DNA from: Octopus sinensis
Taxonomy: Eukaryota
Reading direction: 5' to 3'
Assembly (NCBI RefSeq): GCF_006345805.1
Contig: NC_043000.1
Span: 82,770,001-82,834,000 of the forward strand
Length of the DNA stretch: 64,000 nucleotides
In this document: one piece after another, positions 1 to 10,659 of the stretch
Numbering within the stretch: the first letter of the stretch is position 1
Layout of the letters: each line of letters starts with the position of its first letter
The notes under the pieces: generated by a model
The model's database searches: none
Told to the model about the DNA's origin: nothing
The model's input: only the letters and a program-made list of their open reading frames with translations
Made by a program: the position numbers and the translations under genes

Positions 1-351
1 GTACATCATCTTTAAAGAACTTTAATGAACTTTGGAAATCTGTTTATGTTACTTAATTATCTACATTACTTCATGAGTATAGCCTCAACCACTAGGATGT
101 CTAGAGAACTCACATGTATTTTTAGCTGATGAGTACGGGACACGTTTATATGCTGTATTTTTACAACTTTAATAAGCCTGTCCTTGTATAAACGATTGTA
201 CTAAAACCTATCCATTCTTGTTGCTTCTTCTCGCTTATAATCACCCCACATTACTGTCTTATTGTTAAAACAGTATAGTTTTTTTTGGTGCATCTAAGTT
301 AGTACCATATTCAAGTAAATTCATTTAAATTAACTTGATCTTTATTGCTTT

Positions 352-355
<4 letters not shown>

Positions 356-421
<66 letters not shown>
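356..421. repeat. (TA)n microsatellite
   Basis: Pure TA dinucleotide run. Confidence 0.97.
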
Positions 422-423
<2 letters not shown>

Positions 424-569
424 GACACATGGGGACAGGGAGTCACTTGAGAAATCACATAACTTTGACAGGCGTATAAGGTAAAAATAATGCGAATAAA
501 AACTGAAATGAAGATCAAGTAAACAGTGTGTGTGTTTAATTCGAAAAGAACCATAGCCAAGTATAACTA

Positions 570-768
<199 letters not shown>

Positions 769-770
<2 letters not shown>

Positions 771-942
771 TAAGAAAAAGGAAGCAGTCAGAATTTTGGG
801 TAATTCTTCATCAGACACTTTCGTTCGTTTAACCGAACTCTTCAAGAAAATAAGGTTTTTATTTTCTTGAAGAATTCGATTTAACGAACGAAAGTACTCT
901 TAAAGAATTATCCAAAATTCTGACTGCCCCCTTTTTCTTAAT
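769..942. mobile_element. Palindromic MITE-like hairpin element (~175 bp)
   Basis: ATTAAGAAAAAGGAAGCAGTCAGAATTTTGGGTAATTCTT at left mirrors AAGAATTATCCAAAATTCTGACTGCCCCCTTTTTCTTAAT at right; inner arms TTTCGTTCGTT..TCTTCAAGAAAATAA / TTATTTTCTTGAAGA..AACGAACGAAA. Confidence 0.75.
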
Positions 943-988
943 ATACAATATCTGTACACCACTGCAAACACTCTATACATATACATAA

Positions 989-1245
989 GGAGGCGCAATG
1001 GCCCAGTGGTTGGAGCAGCGGACTCGCGGTCGTGGGATCACGGTTTCGATTCCCAGACTGGGTGTACCTGTATTTCAAAAGCCCACCCTTGTCACACTGT
1101 GTCATGCTGAATCTCCCGGAGAACTACGTTAAGGGTACACGTATCTGCGGAGTGCTCAGCTACTTGCACGTAAATTTCACAAGCAGGCTGTTCCGTTGAT
1201 CGGATCACCTGGAACCGTCGTCGTCGTAACCGACAGAGTGCCACG
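989..1245 (+). mobile_element. tRNA-derived SINE (family distinct from the dominant one)
   Basis: A-box TGGCCCAGTGG (999-1009) and B-box GGTTTCGATTCC (1042-1053), followed by ~190 bp of non-tRNA body. Confidence 0.7.
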
Positions 1246-1345
1246 GTATTCACATATAGGTTTGCTGATACAAACAAAATATGTGCACATTTATATATAT
1301 TATATATATAGATATAATATATATATATCTATATATATATATATA

Positions 1346-2270
1346 TCAGGTCATCCCATAAGTTCTGTCCGATTTTACCTTTTTCAAATTTGAATGAAAT
1401 TTAATAGTATTTTAGAATGTCTAATGGAATTAAAAATTATTTTTATGCATTTGTGTACATTTAAACTAATTAAATATTATTTTACAGAATAATAGGATTA
1501 AAATTTCTTTGATTAAAACCCTTTCTAACATGGAAGTATCCAAAGAGCATTTGAGGCACATAATGCTTTATGAGTATAAAAAAGGAAACTCTGCAGCCGA
1601 AGCGACTCGAAACATACATTCGGTTTATGAGAAAGAATGCTTGGATGAAAGAACTTGCAGAAGATGGTTTGCAAAATTTAGAAGTGGAGACTTCAGCCTT
1701 GAAAATGAAAATCAAACAGACGTCCAGTTGAGTTTGATGATAAGCTCCTTGAGGCATTACTTGAAGAAAATCCTGCATTATCAGTTGAAGAATTGGCAAT
1801 AAAGCTTAGTTCAAACCAGACAACTGTTCATCGTCATCTTCAACAACTTGGAAAGGTTCCTAAACTTGGAAAATGGGTGCCTCGTAAATTGTCCGAAAGC
1901 AACTGCAAATTCCGAGTTGATATCTGCTCTTCTCTCCATTCTCTCGAACTCATTTCACCCTTTTCGGATAGACTTGTGACTGGTGACGAAAAATGGATCT
2001 TCTATCGAAATGTTAAACGTCGTAAACAGTGGCTTGGTAAAAGAGGAAAAGCTCAACCACAACCGAGAAGGGAACTTCATAGGAAAGAGGTTCTTCTCTC
2101 TATCAGGTGGGATTGCAAAGGAGTACTTCACTTTGAATTGTTACCACCTAATGCAACAATCAATGCTCAAGTCTACTATCAGCAATTGGAGCGTCTGAAC
2201 CAAGCTTTGGAGAAAAAAGACCCGCTTTAGTGAATCGAAAGGAAGTGATGTCTTTATCAGGACAATGCGC
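1346..2270 (+). mobile_element. Mariner-family DNA transposon, right part lost in the assembly gap
   Basis: TA|TCAGGTCATCCCATAAGTTCTGTCCG TIR-like start inside a TA run; transposase motifs downstream. Confidence 0.9.
1530..2270 (+). pseudogene. Mariner transposase, frameshifted
   Basis: HTH N-terminus (MEVSKEHLRHIMLYEY..RWFAKFRSGDFSLE), KWVP (WVPHEL-like), VTGDEKWIFY (first D), YQQL, QDNA (second D); frameshift near 1715 and a further lesion near 2225. Confidence 0.9.
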
Positions 2271-2370
2271 NNNNNNNNNNNNNNNNNNNNNNNNNNNNNN
2301 NNNNNNNNNNNNNNNNNNNNNNNNNNNNNNNNNNNNNNNNNNNNNNNNNNNNNNNNNNNNNNNNNNNNNN
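2271..2370. other. Assembly gap (100 N)
   Basis: Run of n. Confidence 1.
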
Positions 2371-2372
2371 TA

Positions 2373-3445
2373 CTTCGAATTTTAACCAATGAAATGCCAG
2401 CATTTGAGCTCAAATCATTTGCTGCGTCTAAAAACTCAGACAACATCCTGTTGCAACGTAACCATCACACACACACACACACACACGTGTTATTCATCCT
2501 TCTCTCTTCTGTCTGTCTCGCTCATCGATATTGATAAACAAAGGAGGAGGCATGTGCTAGAAATAACAGCCATATCTCTTAAATCGATGAATTTCGTCGC
2601 CCAATAAAAATATTCACGATATTTTTTGAATATTTTCTTTATTTTTTTTACCGAAAAGGCTTCTCTCATGGTTTTGAAGGGCCAAAAACAACAACAACAA
2701 AACAATAATATGCCTAAATCGGTCTAGAGGGTGCGCGTGGAGTGTGGGTCGTATTGTAAAAATTTGCGAAATATTTTTTCATAAAAGGATGCCCCAGCTT
2801 GTCGGAGGCTGTGATATAAATTGGGAAAAACATCCTCGGCACCAGTGCGTAATTGGTACTTAATTTATCGACCCCGAAACGATGAAACATTGCCCCCCCC
2901 CCTTGGTTTATTTACCTTTTGCAAGGGGCAAAACACAGAGGGAACAAAGCATGAGATACAAAGTATTAATCGATCTATCGACACGACACCAGTGCGAACT
3001 CACGAACGTGTATGTATGCTTGTGTGCGTATGTGTGTTCATGTATATCTCCGTTTTGTAGTACGTGTACACTTATATATTATTACTATGTGCTTGTGCAA
3101 ATGTATATGCATGTGTTGAGAGAGAGAGAGAGAGAGAGTGTATGTGTGTGTGTGCAAGTGTGCGTGTGTATCTATCTGAATATGTGTGTGTGTGTGTGTG
3201 TTGTGTGTGTGTGTGTGTGTGTATGCGGCGTGCGTCTCCGTTTGTTTATCAATATCGATAACGCAGAAAATGATTTGAGCTCAAATGCTGGCATTTCATT
3301 GGTTAAAATTCGAAGAATTAAACTACGTTAAACTTACAAATTACAATTTTATCAAAAAATCCAAGTGAAAATAATGTTTTCTTTTGACACATTCTACCAG
3401 TATACGAAGTTTCAAATTGTTTAGTTAACTAGAAATTCCGTCCAT
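2373..3445. repeat. Inverted repeat pair (2373-2427 / 3261-3315), possible long-TIR element
   Basis: 54/55 identity between the reverse complement of the first arm and the second arm; first arm abuts the gap. Confidence 0.7.
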
Positions 3446-3974
3446 CAAAAGGAAAAGATCCCGATTTTCTTCAATCAAAACTCTTTAAGGTGATGCTCCA
3501 GTATAGCCGCAGCCAAAATGACTGGAACTAGTAAAAGAACAAACAAGGGATCACCTTAAGGCAATAGAAAGCTTCTAGGCAGTAGGCTATCCTGCTAGAA
3601 ACAGCAGCAAATCGCCTCAAGTCATATTTTAATATCTTAAAAAATATAAGAAACATTGTAGCGCTGGATTAAACTAGAACATCAAGGGAAGTGGGGGAGC
3701 CACAGAAATAGTAAATGGTTTACAGCACAAAAGTAATCACTTTAAACTTGCTAAAATAATATTCTAAGCGGTTTATATGATCGGAAATATAACTTTGAAG
3801 TGTTCATGACGTCATAGTGATGATTTGATGAAAGTTTCTGCAACTGAAAAAAAGAAGAAACTTTTCAAATATAAATAGTGGAAGTATACAAAAAAATAAA
3901 TAAACATTATTTTCCATCTGACTGTTATTTTTGTTCCGTTTTGGAAAATACAATTTTATGGTTTGTTATTGTTT

Positions 3975-3976
<2 letters not shown>

Positions 3977-4043
<67 letters not shown>
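3977..4043. repeat. (AAT)n microsatellite
   Basis: Direct reading. Confidence 0.95.
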
Positions 4044-4044
<1 letters not shown>

Positions 4045-4047
<3 letters not shown>

Positions 4048-4460
4048 GAAATCTTTATCTTATTAGAACATTTAAATAAAAAAAAAGACAGGAAAGAGGA
4101 GATATAAGAAAGTAAAAAAAGGTGAGTTGGTAAAGTAGCGGAAGATGGAGGGGGAGGAGCGATGGACCACATATCCAAGGACAAACAGCGTGCTCAGCCG
4201 CGCCCCGGGGGTAATGACTGCAATGATGTTGCTGCGGAGAATGTCAGCGACTATCGCTGGAGCAGTCACTAGCAGTGTCTCCTTTCCCCGACTGATCGCC
4301 GTTGTCCATATTTTGCGGAGGAAATCGGTAGTACGGGATCCTAGAACACTTGACGTCTCGAGAGCGACTGGCACAAAGTGATAGCGGCCGGCCACGACTC
4401 TGTACTTATTGACTTTTCTCTCCTGTGCATTACGGGTGACGGTGGGGGCACCTAAATCTT
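4045..4460 (-). mobile_element. 3' fragment of an RLE-type non-LTR retrotransposon (CRE-like)
   Basis: Translation AQERKVNKYRVVAGRYHFVPVALETSSVLGSRTTDFLRKI..ILRSNIIAV matches the recalled K..KY..F.P.A.ET.G..G..FL..QRGN C-terminal pattern; ends in a (TTA)n tail on the sense strand. Confidence 0.6.
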
Positions 4461-4561
4461 ATCCAGCCCTGAGTCTCTGATATACAAACGTACAAGTTGC
4501 TTATGACTGATTGGCAGATATGTTTTTATCAATTTGTACGTCACTCTACCAATCCTTGTTT

Positions 4562-4972
4562 CTTTACTGCGCACAAGGAGCTAATCATAGCGGGGACAAA
4601 CAAGGACAGACAAAGGGATTAAGTCGATTATATCGACCCCAGTGCGTAACTGGTACTTATTTAATCGACCCCGAAAGGATAAAAAGCTAAGTCGACCTCG
4701 GCAGAATTTGAACTCAGAACGTAGCGGCAGACGAAATACCTATTTCTTTACTACCCACAAGGGGCTAAACCAGAGAGGACAAACAAGGACAGACAGACGG
4801 ATTAAGTCGATTATATCGACCCCAGTGCGTAACTGGTACTTATTTAATCGACCCCGAAAGGATAAAAAGCTAAGTCGACCTCTGCGGAATTTGAACTCAG
4901 AACGTAGCGGCAGTCGAAATACCGCTAAGCATTTCGCCCGGCGTGCAAACATTTCTGCCAACCCGCCGTCAC
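4562..4972 (-). mobile_element. Dominant tRNA-derived SINE (family A, tail A), head-to-tail dimer
   Basis: Two near-identical bodies (GGATTAAGTCGATTATATCGACCCCAGTGCGTAACTGGTACTTATTTAATCGACCCCGAAAGG) joined at 4740. Confidence 0.9.
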
Positions 4973-5089
4973 TCTACCAATTCTACCAATATTTTGTTTA
5001 CCATTTCCACCAGTTTTACCAATCTCTCTCCATTTTGCTTGATTTTCAACAGATCAATCCTAAACTAAATAATAATGGTTTCACAGTTT

Positions 5090-5375
5090 AGCACGTGGCC
5101 AGCAATTTCAAGGGAGAGGATAAATCAATTACATTGACCGCAGTGCCCAACTGGTACTTATTTTATCGACTCTGATGGGATGAAAGGCTAAGTCGACTTT
5201 GGTGGCACGAAGCCAACAAATTCGTGAGAGGTTAAGTCGATTACATCGACGTCAGCAATCAGCTGGTATTTGTTTTTTCGATCCCTCGGCAGAATTTGAA
5301 ATTAGAACGTAAAACCGGATCAAATGCTGCTTAGCATTTTGTTCGGCGTGCTAACGATTCTGCTAGCTTGCCGCC
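5090..5375 (-). mobile_element. Family A SINE fragments (tail B), diverged
   Basis: Same central motif and GCAGAATTTGAAATTAGAACG..TGCTAACGATTCTGCTAGCTTGCCGCC head. Confidence 0.75.
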
Positions 5376-5398
5376 TTAATACGAATAATAATGATAAT

Positions 5399-5547
5399 AG
5401 AAGAAGAAGAAGAAGAAGAAGAAGAAGAAGAAGAAGAAGAAGAAGAAGAAGAAGAAGAAGAAGAAGAAGAAGAAGAAGAAGAAGAAGAAGAAGAAGAAGA
5501 AGAAGAAGAAGAAGAAGAAGAAGAAGAAGAAGAAGAAGAAGAAGAAG
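5399..5547. repeat. (GAA)n, about 50 pure units
   Basis: Direct reading; source of the poly-E/R/L ORFs. Confidence 0.98.
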
Positions 5548-5959
5548 ATGTCTTTCTATATTTGATAAACAGGCATTGGCATTAGTGTGTTGGTGTAACT
5601 CTGCGCAAATACCTTCATCCGTTTGCGTCACTAAAGGGAGATAACTCTAAAAAAGAATGTAACTCAATAGTTGAACGTAACTTTCTGATAAATAGAAATC
5701 GATTAACTATTAGACTCAAATAAGTCTTAAATCGATATTATCGACGAAACTGTTTTGTTATTATTGTTGATGATTATGATGATAATGATGATGTCTAACT
5801 GAAGGTCAGCCCTGGTCATGTAGACAGAACTATGATGAAAGTCGCCCCAACGCTGACCATCACGTCATTTATTCCGACAGGCTTTTAACTACTATATTAT
5901 ATAATGTTGCCATTATATAATGTTTCAATGCTTTGGGATAACAGACTATATAATAGTTT

Positions 5960-6162
5960 CAAATTTTGGCGCAAGACCAGCAATTTTAGGGGAGGCGGTA
6001 AGTCGATTACATTGACCCTAGTGCTGAACTAATACTTATTTTATCGACCCCATGAAGATGAAAAACAAATTTAACCTGAGCGGAATTTGAACTCAGAACA
6101 TAAGTCGGAAGAAATACCGATCTGCATTTTGGCCGACGACTTAGTGACTCTGCAAGCTCGCC
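5960..6162 (-). mobile_element. Family A SINE (tail B)
   Basis: Tail TTTCAAATTTTGGCGCAAG.., central TAAGTCGATTACATTGACCC, head GCAAGCTCGCCG. Confidence 0.75.
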
Positions 6163-7227
6163 GTTTGAACAAATTGCATATAATATATAGTACAACTTGT
6201 ATGTTACATAGAGTATAACAGTATATCATATGTGATATATGGCATAACTTGGATATGATATATGATATGTGTAGTATATTGTATAAATATATGGCTTATA
6301 GAGTAATTGTATAAATACACAATCACAAGGATGAAAAGCTAAGTCGACCTTAGCCTGTCAAAGGACCAAGTCACAAGCAACTTTTTTTGCTGGTCATTTT
6401 CCAAATTTATTTCATGTTAAAGGAAAAGGAAAGCGAAAGAATGGCTGTGCTGAGGGAGGTGGAATAGGGAGAATGAAAGTAAAGTAAATAGAGGTGGATG
6501 AGACAGATAAATAGAGAGGAGAGAAATTGAGGGAGAGGGAGAGAGGAGAGAGTACCAGAAATTAGAGAATGAGACAAGCAGTCGGGCGAGCGGACTATGA
6601 AATATAGTGAGGAATGAAGTTGGAAAAAGAAAGAAAGAAATAACCAAACAATCACACAGGAAGTGTTAGTCAGTCAGGCGAGTAAAGGTATGAGAGAGAG
6701 AAGACAGTACGAAAAAGTAATACTGTAAGAAGAGTACTTGAGGAAAACAGAAAGATACATCTCTGCACTAGAACGGGAAAACTAGAAAGCTAATGTGATA
6801 GAGTAATGGAGGCATAAGGAGTAAGGAAATGAGATGAAAGTGAGCGAATTCCATGCCTGTTATCGCTTTGTATGGGGAAGATGTTAAGAAATGAAATAAA
6901 AGGATGAAGGCAGGTTTTGACAGAGCAAAAAGAGAGTATACTGAAGAGAGAGAGAGAGAAGAAAGGATAATAAAGAAGTATGTGAGTGAGAATAATGAAG
7001 AAGATTGAGGGAATGAGACCGTAAGGAAGGAAAAGCAAAATAGTTAAAACAAAGAAGTCATGAGTAGTCATGGCTGGGATTGCTTTGATCATAGGACAGC
7101 TCGATCAGGGTTGCTCTCGGACTAATCAACAACTACATCCTCCACAAGCCACTAAGGCTTTGAGTTGTCACTTGACCTGCTAGAATTAACAACCAAAAAA
7201 TTTATCCTTAAATAATCTTTACCAATA

Positions 7228-7482
7228 TAGGCACAAGGCCTGAAATTTTATGGGAGATGGGGTCTAGTCGATTACATCGACCCCAGTACTTGATAGGGGT
7301 TTATTTCATCGACCCCGAAAGGATGAAAGACAAAGTCGACCTCAAAACGAAAGGATGAAAGACAAAGTCGACCTCAAAACGAAAGGATGAAAGACAAAGT
7401 CGACCTCAAAACGAAGAAAGCCGGAAGAAAAGCTACCAAGTATTTAGTCCGACGTGCTAACGTTTCTGCCAGCTCTCCTCCT
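7228..7482 (-). mobile_element. Family A SINE (tail B) with internal 32-bp triplication
   Basis: SINE motifs; CGAAAGGATGAAAGACAAAGTCGACCTCAAAA x3 at 7316-7411. Confidence 0.85.
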
Positions 7483-8837
7483 TAAGTCACCCTTAGATAA
7501 TACCATTTTGAATAATAACATATTGAAGGAAGGATACATATAGATAATGTAGTCCTCGATACATGGTGTACTGAAAAAAATAAATCAGAGATTATGGAAT
7601 GGGACGTTTTTAATCATTAAGTCTGATACATCACGGAACATCTAGAGTTATAGAACAACAACAACAACAAGAGCAACGACAAACACTACGGCGACAGCAA
7701 GTACTACAGCAATAACTGTTACAATCACAACTACTTGCCCCAGACAACCGAAGGTCATAACCTCAAATCATCCATAACCTCAAATTTTTCCACAGCTGCA
7801 ACATTAGAGATAAACAACAATAAAGGCTAGCTACAGTTTGACAGGATATCACCTGCCGCAGCCAGCTGTAGCAATCCTAGCACCTGGACTCTATCTTCAA
7901 TCCACAAAAGCAACACCAACACCAATAATTGCAATGCCTGCCAAGCTATATTATTTATGAAGACAACTTATCTTCCTACTAAACTGCAACAGAATCCTTC
8001 AGCCCGCCTCCAATTCCTGCTGAGAAGATAACCCACGGATTTTTGTGAAACCTTCATAAACACTATTTCGGATATGAGTGAAATAGTCTAATGTGAGTCT
8101 TACTTGAGTTTGTAGAAGGTCAGCAGTAAGAGATTAATAGTTAAGTATATCCTGGTCCTTAAGGGAAACCCTATTCTTATAATAGAGGAGACTGTCCGAA
8201 AGTTTTGAGCGCCAGCATTTGCAATGATTTTGAAGGGTTTGGTTGTGGCTTGTTGGCATGTAAAGAAGTTTCGGTAGACGACTGTTGTGTAACGATTACA
8301 TTGTGTAACACGATTTTTTTTCTAGGGGGAGGAGGAGGAGGAGAGAAGTGTACAATCGTCTACGTACAAGGAGGACGTCATGTTGCAGGTGACAGACAGT
8401 AAGTAAGTAGGTCGCTAATCAAAGACATATCAGAAGGATATGGGTGACATAGCTTAACCTTCAGGTGCACTTGAGTGATATACCTAATCTGCCGCCTGTT
8501 TTAACCTGACCACGTGGCACTTGCGTGCTTTTAGCAGTGTTTGATCACTCTGCTGAAAGTATTAGAGACATGACCCCTTGGTCTCAGGTTTAACTTCTAT
8601 TGCTTTCAGTATTTTCGTAGGTCCTGAAAATAAGTCATAAGAGCTGCCCTTCATCATCTGACTATTGATTCTCTGTACAATATTATAGATACTCTGTACG
8701 TGCGGTCGCGCGGGCGTGTGTGTATGTGTGTGTGTGTATGTGTGCGTGTATGTGTGTTTGAGAGAGAGAGAGAGAAAAGGAAAGAAAGAAAGAAAAACAA
8801 TCGAACCAACAAGGTATTACACACATATACATACGCA

Positions 8838-9010
8838 TAGGCGCAAGTGCGTGATCTTGGGTTCAGTCCCACTGTTCGGTACCTTAAGGAAGTTACTTTA
8901 ACTATAGATCCGGGTCGATTAAATCTTTGTAAGTGGATTCGTCAGACGGAATCTAAAAGAAGCCCATCGTGTGTGTGTTTGTGTTTGTCCCGCTGAAGCC
9001 GCTTTATAGC
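8838..9010 (+). mobile_element. Family C tRNA-derived SINE, 5' part
   Basis: B-box-like GGGTTCAGTCCC; body matches the copy at 28331. Confidence 0.7.
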
Positions 9011-9089
9011 TGGCTTTAAAATGAGTACTGGAGTTCGTTTGTTCGACCAAACCCATGGAGGCGACAGTCCAGTATATCCACAGACCAAT

Positions 9090-9198
9090 GACTGAAACAA
9101 AAGGTTTATAATATCACAGATGCACACACACACATACACACACACATACATACACACACGCAGACACACACACATACATACACACACGCACACACACA

Positions 9199-9229
<31 letters not shown>

Positions 9230-9625
9230 TACATACACACACTCACACACACACATATGGCTTTAGTCGAATGAATTGACCTCAATATTTGTTTATTTCT
9301 AATCTTGGTATTCATTCTATCGGTCTCTTGCCAAACCGCTGGGTTACAGTGATGTAAACAAACCAACATCGGTTGTCAAGCGGTGCTGGGAGACAAACAC
9401 GCGCGCGCACACACACACACACACACCACACACACACACACAAACACACACACACATGCACATATATAACTATAGTTTGGTACATTTTCTGTGGACCAAA
9501 TCAACTCACAAGGCTTTTGATCAGCCCGGAGCTATAGTAGAAGTCACTTACCCAAGGTGTCATGTAGTGAGGATGAACCCGAAACCGTGTAATTGGGAAA
9601 AAAACTTCCTACCAAATAACCACTT
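9090..9625 (-). mobile_element. Family C SINE with internal (CA)n expansions
   Basis: Reverse-complement match to the head and 3' body of the 28331-28748 copy. Confidence 0.7.
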
Positions 9626-9809
9626 CCGTAATCATGCCGTTGTTCAGCAAAAAATTTCTGAGCCCTCATCTGTCGTCAACGACGGGAGAATCCACGCCTC
9701 AAAGGATCAAATGAGTACAGTGATTGCAGTGTATTAGTAAAGGATGGGTTTGAAGATGAGAATCAGACCAAGAACGGTTGGTGTATCAAGTGTGATCAGA
9801 TACACACAC

Positions 9810-10320
9810 TGCTGTTGTTTAACCCCAGGTTAACTTCCATCTAAATACTTATGATCAAAGACATTCCAACTAAGGCCAGTGACCATACTGTTTTATTCAT
9901 ACGCCGTCTACTTTGATATGTTCGGTTGGTTGTCGTTAATATTTAACACTGGCCAACCAGCGTCCGGCAGACCTATGATCAGAATCATAACCATCAATAA
10001 CCACCACGCGTTTCCTTTTCTTTTTTTTTTTTTCATAGTGCATCTCAGCATCTCAGAATATATCACCAAATATGATGTTGATTAGCTGGTTGTTGTTATT
10101 CAACGTAAGTCATCACTTTTCCAGAAAATCTATGATCAAAAATGTTCCAATCATGACCATTCTATCTTTTCTCAGACATAGTGTATCTTGGAATATATCA
10201 CTTAATATGGTTGATTGGCTGGTTGTTGTTATTCATCGCAAGTCATCATTTTTTCAGTAAATCTATGATAAAAAATGTTCCAGTCGTGAACATACCATTT
10301 TTCATTCAGACATATTCAGA
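9810..10320. repeat. Diverged tandem array with ~135-bp period
   Basis: GAATATATCAC recurs at 10056 and 10191; CTATGATC/AAA..TTCCA..TGACCA motif recurs about 4 times. Confidence 0.7.
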
Positions 10321-10659
10321 CAGGAATATGTAGATAATTGATTAATATCCAAATGAAACAGAAAAAAGATTTTAAAAAAGACAAGAACAAACAACGAAAT
10401 AAACGAACAAGGTACAGACTCTATGTAGTCGACGTTGTGGTGAGAAGGAAACGGGAATAATTTGACGTTTTGGACAATGGTCCTTTGTCAAGAGAGATAA
10501 GAGAGAAATAATGAAAGGAAAGAAATTAAAATTGTTGCTTCAACATATTTTAGTAGTAGGGAAGTAATAAAGTAACAAAGTTCTTTTGGTATTTTAGCAC
10601 AGATGAGCAAACAATGGTAAGAGAAACAAGCATGACTAGCATGAGAAAAACAACTAAAG

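Noticed and set aside
989-1060. tRNA gene (also the heads at 28331 and 46790)
   Set aside because: A and B boxes are present, but there is no acceptor-stem closure or terminator, and the sequence continues into a repeat body, so these are SINE heads.
1530-2270. Host SETMAR-like gene
   Set aside because: No SET domain or splice structure; TIR-like start, TA context and frameshifts indicate an ordinary mariner copy.
2141-2534. ORFs spanning the N run
   Set aside because: Artefacts of translating the assembly gap.
7316-7411. 32-bp direct repeats resembling a CRISPR array
   Set aside because: Units are contiguous with no spacers, lie within a SINE, and the context is eukaryotic with no cas genes.
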